NCBI GenBank assembly: GCA_951406725.2
Contig: OX597833.1
Coordinates: 23,250,001-23,314,000, forward strand
Direction: 5' to 3'
DNA: 64,000 bases
Origin: Octopus vulgaris
Taxonomy: Eukaryota
Positions 1-13,038 of the stretch are shown here, one piece after another. Made by a program: the position numbers and the translations under genes. The first letter of the stretch is position 1. Each line of letters starts with the position of its first letter. The notes under the pieces are model-generated. The model saw nothing but the letters and a program-made list of their open reading frames with translations, had not been told where the DNA came from and did no database searches.

Positions 1-135
1 CAGCTGAGTGGACTGGAGCAACGTGAAATGAAGTGTTTTGCTCAAGAACACAACGCGTCGCCCGGTCCAGGAATCGAAGCCGCAATCTTACGATCATGAT
101 GCTGACACCCTAACCATTAAGCCACGCGCCTCCAC
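1..135 (-). mobile_element. tRNA-derived SINE head (truncated by window edge)
   Basis: Minus strand reads GTGGAGGCGCGTGGCTTAATGGTTAGGGTGTCAGCATCATGATCGTAAGATTGCGGCTTCGATTCCTGG, with Pol III A/B-box-like motifs; related head at ~22860-23000 (+). Confidence 0.75.
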
Positions 136-238
136 CTGAGGATTTAAACGATGCAAAAACCATATTTATAAAAAAATGAAAGATGAGTAACTTTCAACAT
201 CCCCGAAGCCACTGTACAAGGCACACTTAGAAAAACAA

Positions 239-636
239 TCTTTATATATAAAAGTCAAGTTGTGTGTCTGTCTCCTACGATTTAGATTCCTAACTACTCC
301 CACATTTTGCGGTGCAGTTTAACCAAAACCGGGTATCTTATAGTCGAGATTCATATCGAGCCCTTCTGAGTATTAGCGCGCGTCTACGATGAGTCAACGA
401 TTTTAAAAATAATTTACCATCATTTTTTTCCATTTCAATGCATTTTTTCGCTATTATATAAGGGAAGTAACTCTCTAAAAATGTCTACGATGAGTCAACG
501 ATTTAAAAAAAAATTTGCCATAATTTTTTTTCCATTTTTAATGCATTTTTTTGCTATTTTTTGGCTATAACTCTCTAAAAATGCTTATATAGTTATTTCC
601 CTTACAAACCCGAGCAACGCCGGGCGATACTGCTAG
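239..636 (+). mobile_element. Non-autonomous Helitron
   Basis: 5' TC, subterminal hairpin CCCG-agcaacgc-CGGG, 3' CTAG, between A238 and T637 with no TSD; the same 3' end recurs at 6995, 28651, 41633. Confidence 0.85.
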
Positions 637-849
637 TAACATATAAAACAATAGGAGTTAAAAGTCGTAGATTGAAACGACCGACACAATAACAAATTGA
701 AAAGTGTCTACGTCCAGTATAGGACAAAAAAAACCTACGTTGTAAGAAAAAGTGATATGGCACTGTGGAGGTGAGATTTACCACGGAGGAGTAGGGGCAA
801 GGAAGCACTTTGATTCTAAAAAATGAAGTTCTGCTTCTTGTAACCATAT

Positions 850-3800
850 AACCGGATCGTTGGGTAGTGAAAATATAAATTCTAATATGCCACCAGAAAT
901 AAACAGCTGCTGGTTGGTGGCAGCTGTTCTGGATATAGAGGCCAAAACAAACATCCTACAGGTGTGGAAACTCCAAAAACAAAATTGGTTGGGGTAAGGT
1001 TTGGAGTTGTGGCTGTAAATGGATTACGAAAGTTTAGAAGCAATTCCAGACGTCATAAAGCGACCAGAAAACACCAACCTCCACGTGACCGTTGAGAGTA
1101 AAAGGCGGAGGTATTATCTGTGTGGGGACACGAATCATCTGAAGGCCTTTTGCTCACAACAAAAGAGAGAAGGGAGACACCACTTTTGCCGACACCATCG
1201 TCACCACAGCAACGGCAACAGCACCAAAAACAACAGTATCAGTAACAGCAATTACAGCAGCACTGACAGCAGTAGCATCAACAACAACAAGAACAACAAT
1301 AGTGGAAGCACCAGCAACATACAGAACAAGGAACTCAAGAGCATATATGGTTTCCATATCATTAACTACACAGTAATACATACCATGTCAACCGGGAAGG
1401 GGTGTGGGGCGTGTTTGGAACTGCGGTGTTGTTCCGGAGATGTCTGGATCTCAAGATAAGGACTACCTTCCTGGACTCAGAAGGTAAGTTCGAGATCCTA
1501 GATGTGAACAGTAGTGACGGGGATGCCCTCAAACTGGTGACTGTTTATGTTCCGACAAGAACAGGACATCTGGATTTCTTCTGACGTCAGGAGATTTTCC
1601 TAGGGTCGTCTCGACCTTTAGTGTTAGTGGGCGATTGGAACGCCGTCTTAGAGCCACGTTTGGACTGTGTGAAGCAAGGAGATAGAAGAGGGGTGGTGAG
1701 AACCTCATAAACCTGCTTATATATTTCTAAGTGTCTAACAGGTACGGACTGAATGTGCCAATGTGGATATGGACGAACTTCATCGGGTCATCCAGGTCAT
1801 TTCTAGATAGGGTATTGTGTAGGCCAGTAGATAAGGATAGTATAAGTTGCCCACTTTTCAAACTCATCGGCTACACAGACCAGAAATTTATGATCTGTAT
1901 GGTCGCTCCAGATAGGCTTAGATGGCAGGGATCCAGTTACTGGAAACTGAACGCGCCAAGCCCAATGCCAAACCCAACGTGCCAAGCTTACAGAGACCGG
2001 ATTAGAGAATTAGTTAAGCGGGCGTTGAAGAGTCAATCGTCAACAACAAATTGTGGTTTGCTCTGAAAAAGGTAATTAGAGTAGAATCAGCCAGGTTTAA
2101 TAAGGCATTAGTGATAGAAATAAATAAAATAGAAGGTCACCTAGAACCTTTGAAAAGGCATTTAAGAAATGTATTGCAACCGACGTGCAGGTCGTGAGAT
2201 TGGCCGTGAACCAATTCTTGAACGCTAAACACGAAGGTTGCATTGTTAGAGCTAAGATGCATGCTCTAAGACAAGAAGAAACGAAAGCCGCTCGATGGAT
2301 CCGAGTGGCAGAGCGCAACGTGGCAACAAAGTCACAATTCGGTCTTTGGTGAACCAAAATGGGCGCATCGGACTCGAGCCCGAGCGGCATTTCAGTGGCA
2401 CTTCCCCTGACTGTTTGGTACGAATGGTGGTCCGGAACGCTGGATAGATTTCAAATTCTATCTCGACTGCATGTCATGACTCTCAGCAAGGTGGGTAGAG
2501 CGTTGTAAAATGCTGATAACAGTCGTGGAAAAACAGGATGCGACGATGGGCCGCACGGGGAGTAAATCACCTGGTCTGGATGGTCTGACTTATGAGCTTT
2601 ACTTTTACATGCCAGACTTACTTGGCGGTCTCTTAGCAGATATCTACTGCAACTGGCAACAGAACATGAGAATTTCTAGTTCTGTAAGTCGAGGAGCGGT
2701 GCCACTGGAAAGAAAGGACCCAAACAAGCTGGGCTCAAATCGAAAATTTCAGGCCCATAACGCTGCTAAACGCGGACTTCAAAATTTTGACTTAGGTGTG
2801 AGCAAAGAGGTTGACGTTTGTCGTCGAAGAACTGATTGTTGAAACGCAAACATCCAAGACAACCTCCACCTCATGCGAGGGTGGGTAAAGAAGCTGCTAT
2901 GGGTGGGACCTTGATCAATTTGGATCACTCTAAAGCTTTCGATAGGGTCGACCACCGATACTTGGCGGCCGTTCTCGCGGCGGTTGGTTTTGGTCCCGTT
3001 TTCCATGGCTGGATCTGCAATGTACTGTGACATATACTCGGTAGTTCGGGTAAATGTTTAACTATCGGAACCATTCAACATTGTACGATGTGTCCGTCAG
3101 GGGTGTCCACTCTCATCTCTGTGTATGTTCTGGCTCTAGAGCCACTACTGCAGAAAGGGAGGCGTTGATAGGAATCCCGCGCAAACTAGGATGTGGGAGA
3201 ATAGTCTCGGCATACGCAGACGACGTCATGTCATAGTGTCGAACACCAGACACACAGACCCAGTCTGCACTACTCTAAAAGAATACGAGTCGGTGTCAGG
3301 AGCAAAAATTAAGCAAGAAAAGTCAGTGGGCCTGCACCTCAGCACCTGCAGAGGCCGTCCAAGAATGTAGTGGGACGCTGGACGAGGGACCAGTTAAATT
3401 GCTCGTGGTCTTGTTTGATCCGTGGAGAACTGGAACGACGTGTCGAGCAAGGTGACCAATCTCATCCAGAAATGAGTCAAGAGAAAGCTATTCCTGAATG
3501 GTCAGGCAGAGGTGGCGGATGCTTCATTGCCTCTTATATATATATTATCGCCTGACAGTCGTGCCTTGCTGGGCATGCCGTGGCTGTTGATTCGCAGACA
3601 TGCTCTGAGGCTACGACATCTCCAGCGATTCCTCGACGGTGAGCAGGTGTGGTCGTTATTTGTCAGACAGGATTTTCCACAGCTCGTCTTTTTAACTGAG
3701 CTGAGTTCATGGATCAAGCATAGACCAGGGTATGAGGCCTGGCACCTAGAGTATCGTCAGGCGCTCACAATCCTCTGTCGGTCGGGCAATGCGGTCGGTG

Positions 3801-4630
3801 GAAGCTTCACTCTGGCATTCTGTAGAGGGTTAGTGGCGGTGAAGTGCGATGATGCTCTTGGCGAGATTCTGGGCGTCGACGAGAATAAACTCTACAAGCA
3901 TGGAAGTACTGTCAGCCGGGTTTGCCCGAGATGCGTGTAGAGCGGGAAACTGCTCTGCACGACCGAGCATTGCTTACTTGTGGGTTTCAGTCAAACACCT
4001 GCTGTCACGTGAAGGACGGATCGGATTATCAGAGTCTATCGTGAAGATCGCTCCGCTGCCTTCCTTTGGCCGAGAAGGGAAGACAACGTTTCTCTGTCCG
4101 GTGGCCTTAGCGAAAGAGGTTGTGTGGTGAACCAGGTTGAAAGGGCTGGAGACTGCAACTGGCGACAGAACAGAAGAATTCCTAGTTTTGTAAGATGAGG
4201 GACGATGCCCCTGGAAAGAAAGGGCCCAAACAAGCTGGGGTCAAATCGAAAAATTGGGGCCCATAATGCAGCTAAAGTTTTTCGGCTTCCACTTGAAAAG
4301 GAAAGAGAAGGCTGCCTCCCAACAATCCTGTTAAAAGGTAGGTGAATGTAACGCGAATGGCCCGATTGAATGGGCTTACTCTAAGCATGCACCTCTAGAT
4401 CGAGGGTAGATGAAGTGGAGAGGGCACTTGCCCTAGAGGTTAGGGCGGTTGAAGTTTTTGTGAGTTTTTTCACGAGCAGCCTTTGGAAGCTTCCCTCTTT
4501 TGTGGGGTCTTATTTGTAAGAAGTTTCTTTGTTATTCTTTATTTACAAGTTTCAGTCGCACTTTATTTGTATTGTACTGTCCTGTACAGATCTCAGTCGT
4601 TTTACATGAACCTTCAGTGGTTAATAAAGA
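850..4630 (+). mobile_element. Degenerate Tx1/L1-clade LINE (ORF1 knuckle, APE, RT)
   Basis: Broken frames give YLCGDTNHLKAFC (CCHC remnant), LVTVYVP, GDWNAV, SFLDRVL, SYWKLN, KSPGLDGL, LDHSKAFDRVDH, VRQGCPL, AYADDV, VCPRC; AATAAA at ~4623. Confidence 0.85.
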
Positions 4631-4648
4631 AAAGATTATCATCATTAT

Positions 4649-5050
4649 AAAGGCGGCGATCTAGTAAAACCGTTACCATGCCGGGCAAATGCTTAGCGGC
4701 ATTTCGTCCGTATTTACATTCTGAGTTAAAATTTCGTCGAGGTCGACTTTACTTTTGATCCTTCGGGATCGATAAAATAAGTACCAGTTGTGTACTGTGG
4801 TCAATGTAATCGACTAGCCCCTCCCTCAAATTTCAGGCCTAGTCCCTATAGTAGAAAGGATTATTATAAAGGCAGTGAGCTAGTAGAATGCTTAACGGCA
4901 TTCCGTCCGTCTTTACGTTCTGAGTTCAAATTCCGCTGTCGAATTTGCTTTTCATCCTTCCGAGTCGATAAAATGAGCGTTGAGATCGATTTAATCGACT
5001 TAGCTCCCCTCCTCCAAACTGTGGGCATTGCGCCAAAATTTGAAACCATC
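4649..5050 (+). mobile_element. Two tandem copies of octopus SINE family B
   Basis: AAGGCGGCGAGCTGGCAGAA...TTCTGAGTTCAAATT...GGTCGACTTT...GATAAAATAAGTACCAG family; other copies at ~9030-9200(-), ~16640-16850(+), ~20235-20420(-). Confidence 0.75.
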
Positions 5051-5072
5051 ATTATTATTAAAATATTGATAT

Positions 5073-5235
5073 AGGCGCAGGGGTGGCTGTGTGGTAAGAA
5101 GCTTGATTACCAAGCACGCGGTTCTGGGTTTAGTCCCACTGCGTAGCACCTTGGGCAAGTGTCTTCTACTATAGCCTCAGGCCGACCAAAGCCTTGTGAG
5201 TGGATTTGGTAGACGGAAACTGAAAGAAGCCTGCC

Positions 5236-5269
<34 letters not shown>

Positions 5270-5612
5270 TTGTTATATGTTTTATCTTATATTTAATATT
5301 TCTATAATATGTAATTTTTCTAAATGGTATAATTTAATTTTTCATTATTGAATTGATAAAAGGTGTTTTTTTTTCTTATTCATATATATATGTATATGTA
5401 TATATATATGTTTGTGTGTCTGTGTTTGACCCCCACCATCGCTTGACATAAGATGTTGGTGTGTGTGCGTCCCTGTAACTTAGCAGTTCGGCAAAAGACA
5501 CCAATAGAATAAGTACTACGCATACAAAGAATAAGACCCGGGGTCTATTTCTTCAACTAAAGGCGGCGCTCCAGCATGGCCGCAGTCAAATGACTGAAAC
5601 AAATAAAAGAAT
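5073..5612 (+). mobile_element. Octopus tRNA-derived SINE family A with internal microsatellite
   Basis: AGGCGCAGGGGTGGCTGTGTGGTAAG head with A/B boxes, central (TA)n, tail GGCGGCGCTCCAGCATGGCCGCAGTCAAATGACTGAAAC. Confidence 0.85.
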
Positions 5613-5907
5613 AAATGAATATAGATTAAAAGATAGTGACAAAGAAAGCAAATATGGACACTTATATCACATAGAAAAAAGACAAAACAAAACAAAATCA
5701 AATGACAATTGCAAAAATAGAATTCAAACAAAATACGTAGTTTAGAATAAATGCGTCACTTGAGTCTCACAGGTGATTCTCTACATTTTTTTCTCTGTCC
5801 AAAGGGCTTTTAACTTCGTGTATTACGCGCCTTTATTTATAGCTAGTCTGACATTCGAGATGTATCATTTATAGAGACACATATACATATTTGTACGTAT
5901 ATATGTA

Positions 5908-6046
5908 CTCTTTTACTTGTATCAGTCATTTGACTGTGGCCATGCTGGAGCACCGCCTTTTAGTCGAGCCGCTAAGTTATGGGGACGTAAATACACTACC
6001 ATCGGTTGTCAGGCGATGTGGGGGGGGGGGCAAACATATACACACA

Positions 6047-6104
<58 letters not shown>

Positions 6105-6268
6105 CGACGGGCTTCTTTCAGTTTCCGTCTACCAAATCCATTCACAAGGCTTTGGTCGGCCCGAGGCTATAGTAGAAGACACTTGCCCAAGGTGCCATGC
6201 AGTGGCAATGAACCCGGAACCATGTGGTTGGGAAGCAAGCTACTCACCACACAGCCACTCCTGCGCCT
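5908..6268 (-). mobile_element. SINE family A
   Basis: Reverse complement of the 5073-5612 element; a partial + head follows at ~6335-6460. Confidence 0.8.
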
Positions 6269-6458
6269 GTATGTATGTATGTAATTATGTATGCATGAAT
6301 GCACGTGTCTCTATGCGTATATGCACGTATATATAACCACATGGTTCTGGGTTCAGTACCACTGCGCGGCACCTTCGGCGAGTGTCTTCTACTATAGCCT
6401 CGGGCTGACCAAAGTCTTGTGAGTGAATTTGGTAGCCGGAAACTGAAAGAAGCCCGTC

Positions 6459-6494
<36 letters not shown>

Positions 6495-6504
<10 letters not shown>

Positions 6505-6995
6505 CTCTAGTTGTGTGAGTGTCTGTCCCCTTCGATTTAGATTCCTAACTCCTCCCACATTTTGCGGTGCAGTTTAACCAAATTCGGGTATCTTATAGTC
6601 GTGATTCATATCGAGCCCGTCTGACTATTATCGCGCGTCAACGATGAGTCTACGATTTTAAAAATAATTTAACATCATTTTTTATTCCATTTTAATGCAT
6701 AAAATGCATCGTGTGTCGATGGCGGCGGAGTTGGCGTCCACGCTCACAGCTGCACCTGTTTGCTTCTCCCCCTTCCCTCCCTCGTGAAGCTGTGGGGAAG
6801 GGAGTGTAAAGAAATCAACGTCGTAATGCGTTGTGAAGGAAACCAGCGTTCTTTTAGAACAACGACTTCATGGCTTGAAGACACCAAAACAAAAATGGCT
6901 AAGAAAGCCCGAATTTATAAGGGAAGTAACTCTCTAAAAATGCTTATATAGTTATTTCCCTTACAAATCCGAGCAACGCCGGGCGATACTGCTAG
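6495..6995 (+). mobile_element. Non-autonomous Helitron (variant with internal insert)
   Basis: Homologous to 239-636; ends CCGAGCAACGCCGGGCGATACTGCTAG followed by T; 5' end merges with (TA)n. Confidence 0.8.
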
Positions 6996-7439
6996 TTTTC
7001 ATATAAATATATTTGAACATTGTCGTACATTCTGTTTCTAGTAAAAACGTTGTTAAAGGCATGGATTTTGTGACCAGTAAATGAAAGAATCATTATTACT
7101 ATTAGTGTTATTTTAAGTTACTAAGATGAAATACTACTATAATGAAGTAATGTAATGTAGATTAGCTCTAAGCGCAGTACTATGGTAATTAATAATCCTA
7201 ACTACTATTCTCTACTATTCAAATATTATCAATGAATAATCAAAAGTCATTATGTCCTATTCTGAAGCCCGACTCATTTCTGTCTTTCTCACTTTTTATT
7301 TCCCTTCTTGATCCCTTCGCCACAGCAATAATTCACATTTCTAGTCTTCTTTATATATCTAAAGCATTGATTGCTCTTTGTATCATTAGTTATTAGCATT
7401 CTTTCGGTTCATTCATCATTCATTTCTTAATAAAACTAT

Positions 7440-7610
7440 TCGTACGTGCGATACAAGTATATATCGCGCATGAGCCAGTCAACTCGTAGGATACATCTGG
7501 CTAGCGCGGACGCGCGTATGCGCAAACCGGGTCCAGTCTACGCTACTAGGACACGTGACCGCAAGTGAACTTTACTGGTCCCTTTTTAATAAACCTCCAC
7601 GTGATTATTA
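7440..7610 (+). promoter_or_regulatory. Probable innexin promoter (local CpG-rich patch)
   Basis: CpG-dense non-repeat patch in AT-rich DNA with NRF1-like GCGCGTATGCGCA and two CACGTG E-boxes (7552, 7598), just upstream of donor GTAAGT at 7695. Confidence 0.55.
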
Positions 7611-7692
7611 TTTATTTATTCCTCTGTTTTTGTTCCTTTAATTTCTGACTTAAGAACAATCACATTACCGAAGCCGCACTAAAAAAGCAGAT

Positions 7693-7694
7693 AT
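7693..7694 (+). CDS. Innexin exon 1 coding part (AT of split start codon)
   Basis: ...GCAGATAT|GTAAGT consensus donor; joined to G12690 gives ATG ATT GGC TCA = MIGSILGGFMSW in frame with exon 2. Confidence 0.65.
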
Positions 7695-8659
7695 GTAAGT
7701 TCATTTAAAATTATTTTTGTTTGTATATCATTGACCGCCTCTAAAATTAATGACTTCAGTTTTGAGCAGATCATGAAGTTTTTTTATCATGAACTATGTA
7801 CTCAGAAACACCTTTTTATTTTCTTTCATTGTTCGGGTATTCCTCTTTAAAAACATTTGATATCTTGTCATGCTTCAACACACATTTTTGACAATAATAT
7901 GTGGGTAGAAGTAAAAAGTTTTTCTCATTAAATTGTAACCAGTCCTCATTATTTAAACACCTTAGACAAGCCGTGTCTCAAAATTCTTTCTAGCTGTGGG
8001 TTCAGACGAGGAGTAAATTTTTAGAATTATTTTTATGATAAAATCTTTCTTTGCCTGACAATACAGCTCAAATTAGAAGCTATCTTTTCTAACATTTATT
8101 TATTCATAGCCATAATTTAAAATATTCATCTTTTCCCGGCAATTTTCTTGTGAAAGAGAACCCTTCCTTTATTTTGCCTCCATGAACATGTGGTGTTTGT
8201 GTATTTTGTTAATTTTCATATTTCCTTGCTGTAACTCCCGTTTCTATCTGCTGCTTGCCTATCATACATCTCTTTCCCCCCACAAAATCACTCTGTATGG
8301 ACACGTTCTGTATTCATAATGTGTGTGTGTGTGTGAAGTAGATCTCCGTCGCTTTCGACGATGAGTATTCTAGTTTGTGTGATCTCAACACTCTTTAAGC
8401 AACAGAATATTCCACTGATACTTTTTCTTACCCTTAATCACGTAATCCTCGAGCAGAGTTTCATATATTACGTAACAGAAAAAAGGTCGACGCTTTGAAT
8501 ATTAATCCTGTCGGTCTGACAGATTTTTTTTCACTCATAAATAAGCCTTGGGTCGATCCGAGGGTATGTTGAAATATTGCCCAAAATACCATGTAGGTTC
8601 AAACCTTGACTCAATGACTGTTCTTATCCACTCCCCGGCTTTTCTTGCGTATCTAGACA

Positions 8660-8960
8660 CTAGCACGGGTTGGACGGTTCGACCGGGGTCTGAGAAGCCA
8701 GGGGCTGCACCAGGCTCCAGTCTGATCTGGCAGTGTTTCTACAGCTGGATGCCCTTCCTAACGCCAACCACTCCGCGAGTGTAGTGGGTGCTTTTTACGT
8801 GCCACCGGCACAGGTGCCAGGGGAGTCAGCTATCGACCACGATCGGTTGGTGCTTTTAACGTGCCACCGGCACGGAAGCCAGCCAAGGCGGCGCTGGCAT
8901 CGGCCACGTTCGGATGGTGCTTTTTATGTGCCACCGGCACAGAAGCCAGTCGAGGCGGCG
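8660..8960 (-). mobile_element. 3' UTR fragment of the RTE/RTEX-type LINE (tail-only copy)
   Basis: Matches 27000-27600 (GGCACGTAAAAAGCACC repeats, GGAGTGGTTGGCGTTAGGAAGGGCATCCAGC); similar copies at ~10635-10910(-), ~13445-13900(-), ~22380-22560(+). Confidence 0.75.
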
Positions 8961-9002
<42 letters not shown>

Positions 9003-9399
9003 TAATATATGTGGGTAATCTGTACGCTTATTCTTTTCTGCTCTAGGCACAAGGCCCAAAATTTTTTGGGAGGGATCCAGTCGATTAGATCGACCAGTAC
9101 ACAACTGGTACTTAATTTATCGACTCCAAAAGGATGAAAAGCCAAGTCGACCTCGGCGGAATTTGAACTTAGAACATAAAGACAGATGCAATAGCGCTAA
9201 TCTGTACACTTATTGTTTACATATATAAATCAGAGGTTGCCTGCTAAATCTTAACAATATAACAGTATTCTTTTGATGTTCTGTTTTAGATACTTTTTAA
9301 TTTATGTTCTAGAATAGTTAGTAAAGAAAATAACTAGAGGCAAGAAAGTATGAACATTATTTGTTCATTGCTTGTAGCCTAATTTTGAACTACTTGATA

Positions 9400-9658
9400 T
9401 TTTGCCGAACCGCTAAGTAAACACACCAGCATCGGTTGACAAGCATTGCTAGGGGGACAAACACAGACAAACAAACACACACATACATACATATATACGA
9501 CAGGCTTCTTTCAGTTTCTGTCTGCCAAATCCACTCACAAGGCATTGGTTGGCCCGGGGCTATAGCAGAAGACGCTTGCCCAAGATGCCACGCAGTGGGA
9601 CTGAACCCGGAACCATTTGGTTGGTTAGCAAGCTACTTACCACACAGTCACTCCTGCG

Positions 9659-9660
<2 letters not shown>
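9400..9660 (-). mobile_element. SINE family A
   Basis: Reverse-complement match to family A head and body. Confidence 0.8.
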
Positions 9661-9702
<42 letters not shown>

Positions 9703-11451
9703 CGCGCGCGCTTGATTGTTACAAATCCGTGTTAGATATTTTAAACCCTATAACAACAATGAGAATCATTATTAAAACCACAACAGTATTATCACTTGAA
9801 CAATATATGTATGTACATTGGGAGCTAATAAGTAGTGATGAATAAAACTTTATGACTTTATTTGTTAATAGTTTAAATTTTCATTTTTTAATTTCAACTT
9901 TTCAATATTTGTATTTTATATTCTATTTTACACTAGAATAGGATCAATGTACAAATTTCACTATTATCTTTTCATTTTAAACTGTTACAATATTAGTTAA
10001 GTTGGAATAAATGAAGTCGTACCACTTCTCATCATTCCTCTTCCTGTAACTCGAGGGTACACCCTGACACATCTTCATCACAATACTCCTCCTCTTCCAA
10101 ACAGGGTACCCATGCATCTCCCTTGTCTTCCTTTTTAAGCTCTCATCACTTTGCATAAAACCAGCGCTCTCAATATTACCTCCACCCACCATTTAAGGGG
10201 TTTTGTCTTGGAAGTTACTTTGTAACCTTACTACTACAACGGTAGTTAATTACTTACCTCTTTATTTTTTTTTTACCTGACAACTCTTAACACATTTCAG
10301 TCTTATTCTGATCTCTTTTGCCATTGCACATTCATTGCTTTAGGAAAATAGAATTCTTTATAGATTTATGATTTAAAGATACTTTTTGGAACAATATAGT
10401 TCAGTGTTAACATAATTTAATATATATCAAGAAATAAATACACAATGAAAAGTGCAGCAGTGGAGACAGCAGTTTCCACCGTACATGGTGGAAAAATGAA
10501 AATTTAATTCAGTGGATTTGGCTATTGTTGAACTTTATGGAATACCAACAGTTAACTTTGCATGCAAGTGTGTCCTTATCTACACCACTGATTTTGTCCT
10601 AGTAAAAAGCAAAAGCTGAACTATTTGACATCATTCATCATCATCATTGTTTAATGTCCGCTTTCCATTCTAGCATGGGTTGGCCAATTTGACTGAGGTC
10701 TGGCAAACCTGATGGCTGCACCAGGCTCCAATCTGATCTGGCAGAGTTTCTACAGCTGGATGCCCTTCCTAACGCCAACTACTCCGAGAGTGTAGTGGGT
10801 GCTTTTATGTACCTCTGGCACGAGTGCCAGTCAGGGGGTTCTGGCAACGGCCATGCATAAATGGTGCTTTTTATGTGCCACCTGCACAGGAGCCAGTTCA
10901 GCGGCACTGACATTTGTCACAAATGTTTCTGTCAGAATACAGAGTTAGATGTACACACATGCTGCAAATACACCTTATCTGGCCCTCTAATAATTTCACC
11001 AATTCCTGCATTGCTCTGGACTGGTACTTAATTTATTGACCCAGAAAGGCTGAAAGACAAAGTTGACTGTGGGGGATTTGAGGTCAGGTGGGGTCAAGTC
11101 AAAAACCATCACTCTGTCAATATTCTGACCTACCTTATGGTCTATTAACCATGTTTGTACTGACTTCACTTTACTAATGGTCCTTAAATGTTAGTACTAA
11201 CCCCAATTTGGTAATGTTCTATTTATTATTCAAATTATTCTGTCAAGTATAATGCATATTTTATTCATATTTGAGGTAACCATGCATTATCTTGTAGCTT
11301 GGGTAGCTTTACAAATTCAAGTTCGAACAGTAATTAGAATGATGTTTTGTATTTTGTTTGATTATTGCTGTAGATGCTGGCATGCCTGTGTTAGATATGC
11401 ATGTATTATGCAAAACTTAGATATGCATATGTTATGCAAATGTTGTGTACA

Positions 11452-11616
11452 TAGGTGTAGGAGTGGCTGTGTGGTAAGTAGCTTGCTTACAAATCACATG
11501 GTTCTGGGTTCAGAACCACTGTGTGGCACCTTGGGCAAGTGTCTTCTACTGTACTCTTGGGCCGACCAAAGCCTTGTGAGTGGATTTGGTTGATGGAAAC
11601 TGAAAGAAGTACGTCG

Positions 11617-11657
<41 letters not shown>

Positions 11658-12322
11658 ACCGTAAATCCTTGAGTATAATCCGCATTTTTTTCCCCAAATT
11701 TAAAGGTCAAAATCCCTAGTGCGTACTATATACGAGGTTAAAAATGAAAAATATTTTCTAAGCAATGTCCGAAACTCTATTTGCTGTCCGGCAATGAAGT
11801 AATAAAAGAATCATCCATAACTTGCAGTAAGCAACATTTATTAATATAAAAGTATTCAGAACACGGAATAACATATAACAAAAACAATTTGCAAACATTT
11901 ATATTCCCATATAACAGTTGAGAACATCACCATTATTGTATTATGCATGTGCGGAAGTGTTTGTTCGACTAGGTGCTGCTGGCTTAATTATGCACGACTC
12001 GGTTTAGAGAAGGAGTGCGTAATATACTCAAGGTTTAGGTTTTTCAGCAGTACAATCCCCTAAAAATCCCTTGTGTATTATACTCAAGGGCGGACTATAC
12101 TCGAAGATTTACGGTATATGTTTGTGTGTCTGTGTTTGTCCACCCAATATCGCTTGACAACCGATGCTGGTGTGTTTTCATCCTGTAACTTAGCGGTTCG
12201 GCAAACGAGACCGGTAGAATAAGTACTAGACTTAAAAAGAATAAGTCCCAGGGTCAATTTGCTCGACTAAAGGTGGTGTTCCAGCATGGCTGCAGTCAAA
12301 TGACTGAAACAAGTAAAAGAGT
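11452..12322 (+). mobile_element. SINE family A interrupted by a MITE
   Basis: Head 11452-11615, tail 12120-12322. Confidence 0.8.
11659..12114. mobile_element. Tc1/mariner-pogo-type MITE
   Basis: TIRs CCGTAAATCCTTGAGTATAATCCGC / GCGGACTATACTCGAAGATTTACGG, TA target duplication on both sides, subterminal repeats of the TIR core. Confidence 0.85.
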
Positions 12323-12689
12323 ATTCCTTATTGATATTATGGCTTTGGCTTGCTGCTTGTGCTTTGGAAACCAGTGGGATAAAAAAAAAATCCCTTGAAA
12401 AAAACCAATATAGGTGAGTGACAGGAAGAGCATCCAGATGTAAATTACCATTTCAAATATGTACCCATCCAAATCCATGCTAGCATAGAAAACCAGAAGT
12501 TGTAACAAATGAATTTAATGTGTATGGTGTACTAAAGGAATTCGTTGGTTCACATACCAGTAGTAAGTATGTACTTTACAATGGTCATGTTCTAAATTGT
12601 ATCATTTATGGCAATAACCATAACTAATTTGGCTTTTATTATTTCAAGTTTTCATATTTATTTATTTCTATTTTTATTTCTCTTTCCAG

Positions 12690-13038
12690 GATTGGCTCAA
12701 TACTTGGCGGGTTTATGTCATGGTCGAGACTGCAAGGCAGCACCAATGATGACTGGGGCGATCGGCTCAATCATTTGTGGACAGTTTCTCTACTTGTTCT
12801 CTTTGCTATCGTAGTCACAACAACACAGTATGTTGGAGACCCAATTCATTGTTGGGCTCCTGCTGAATTTCCTGGACATTATGTCGAGTATGTGAAATCA
12901 TACTGCTGGAATTCAAATACCTACTACATATCAATGAACAACATCATACCTACAGACATCACTGCACGTTCCGATGCAGAAATTACTTACTATCAGTGGA
13001 CCCCTTTGATTTTACTTTTTATGGCATTTCTTTTTAAG
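12690..13038 (+). CDS. Innexin (gap-junction protein) exon 2
   Basis: Acceptor tctctttccAG; DDWGDRLNH, TM1, QYVGDPIHCW, SYCW, YYQWTP innexin signature; donor AAG|GTAAGA. Confidence 0.95.

Noticed and set aside
1200-1330. His/Asn/Ser-rich ORF segment
   Set aside because: (CAA/CAG)n low-complexity tract inside a decayed LINE ORF1
5073-5150. tRNA-like sequences at SINE heads
   Set aside because: They continue into SINE bodies and lack a proper cloverleaf; not tRNA genes
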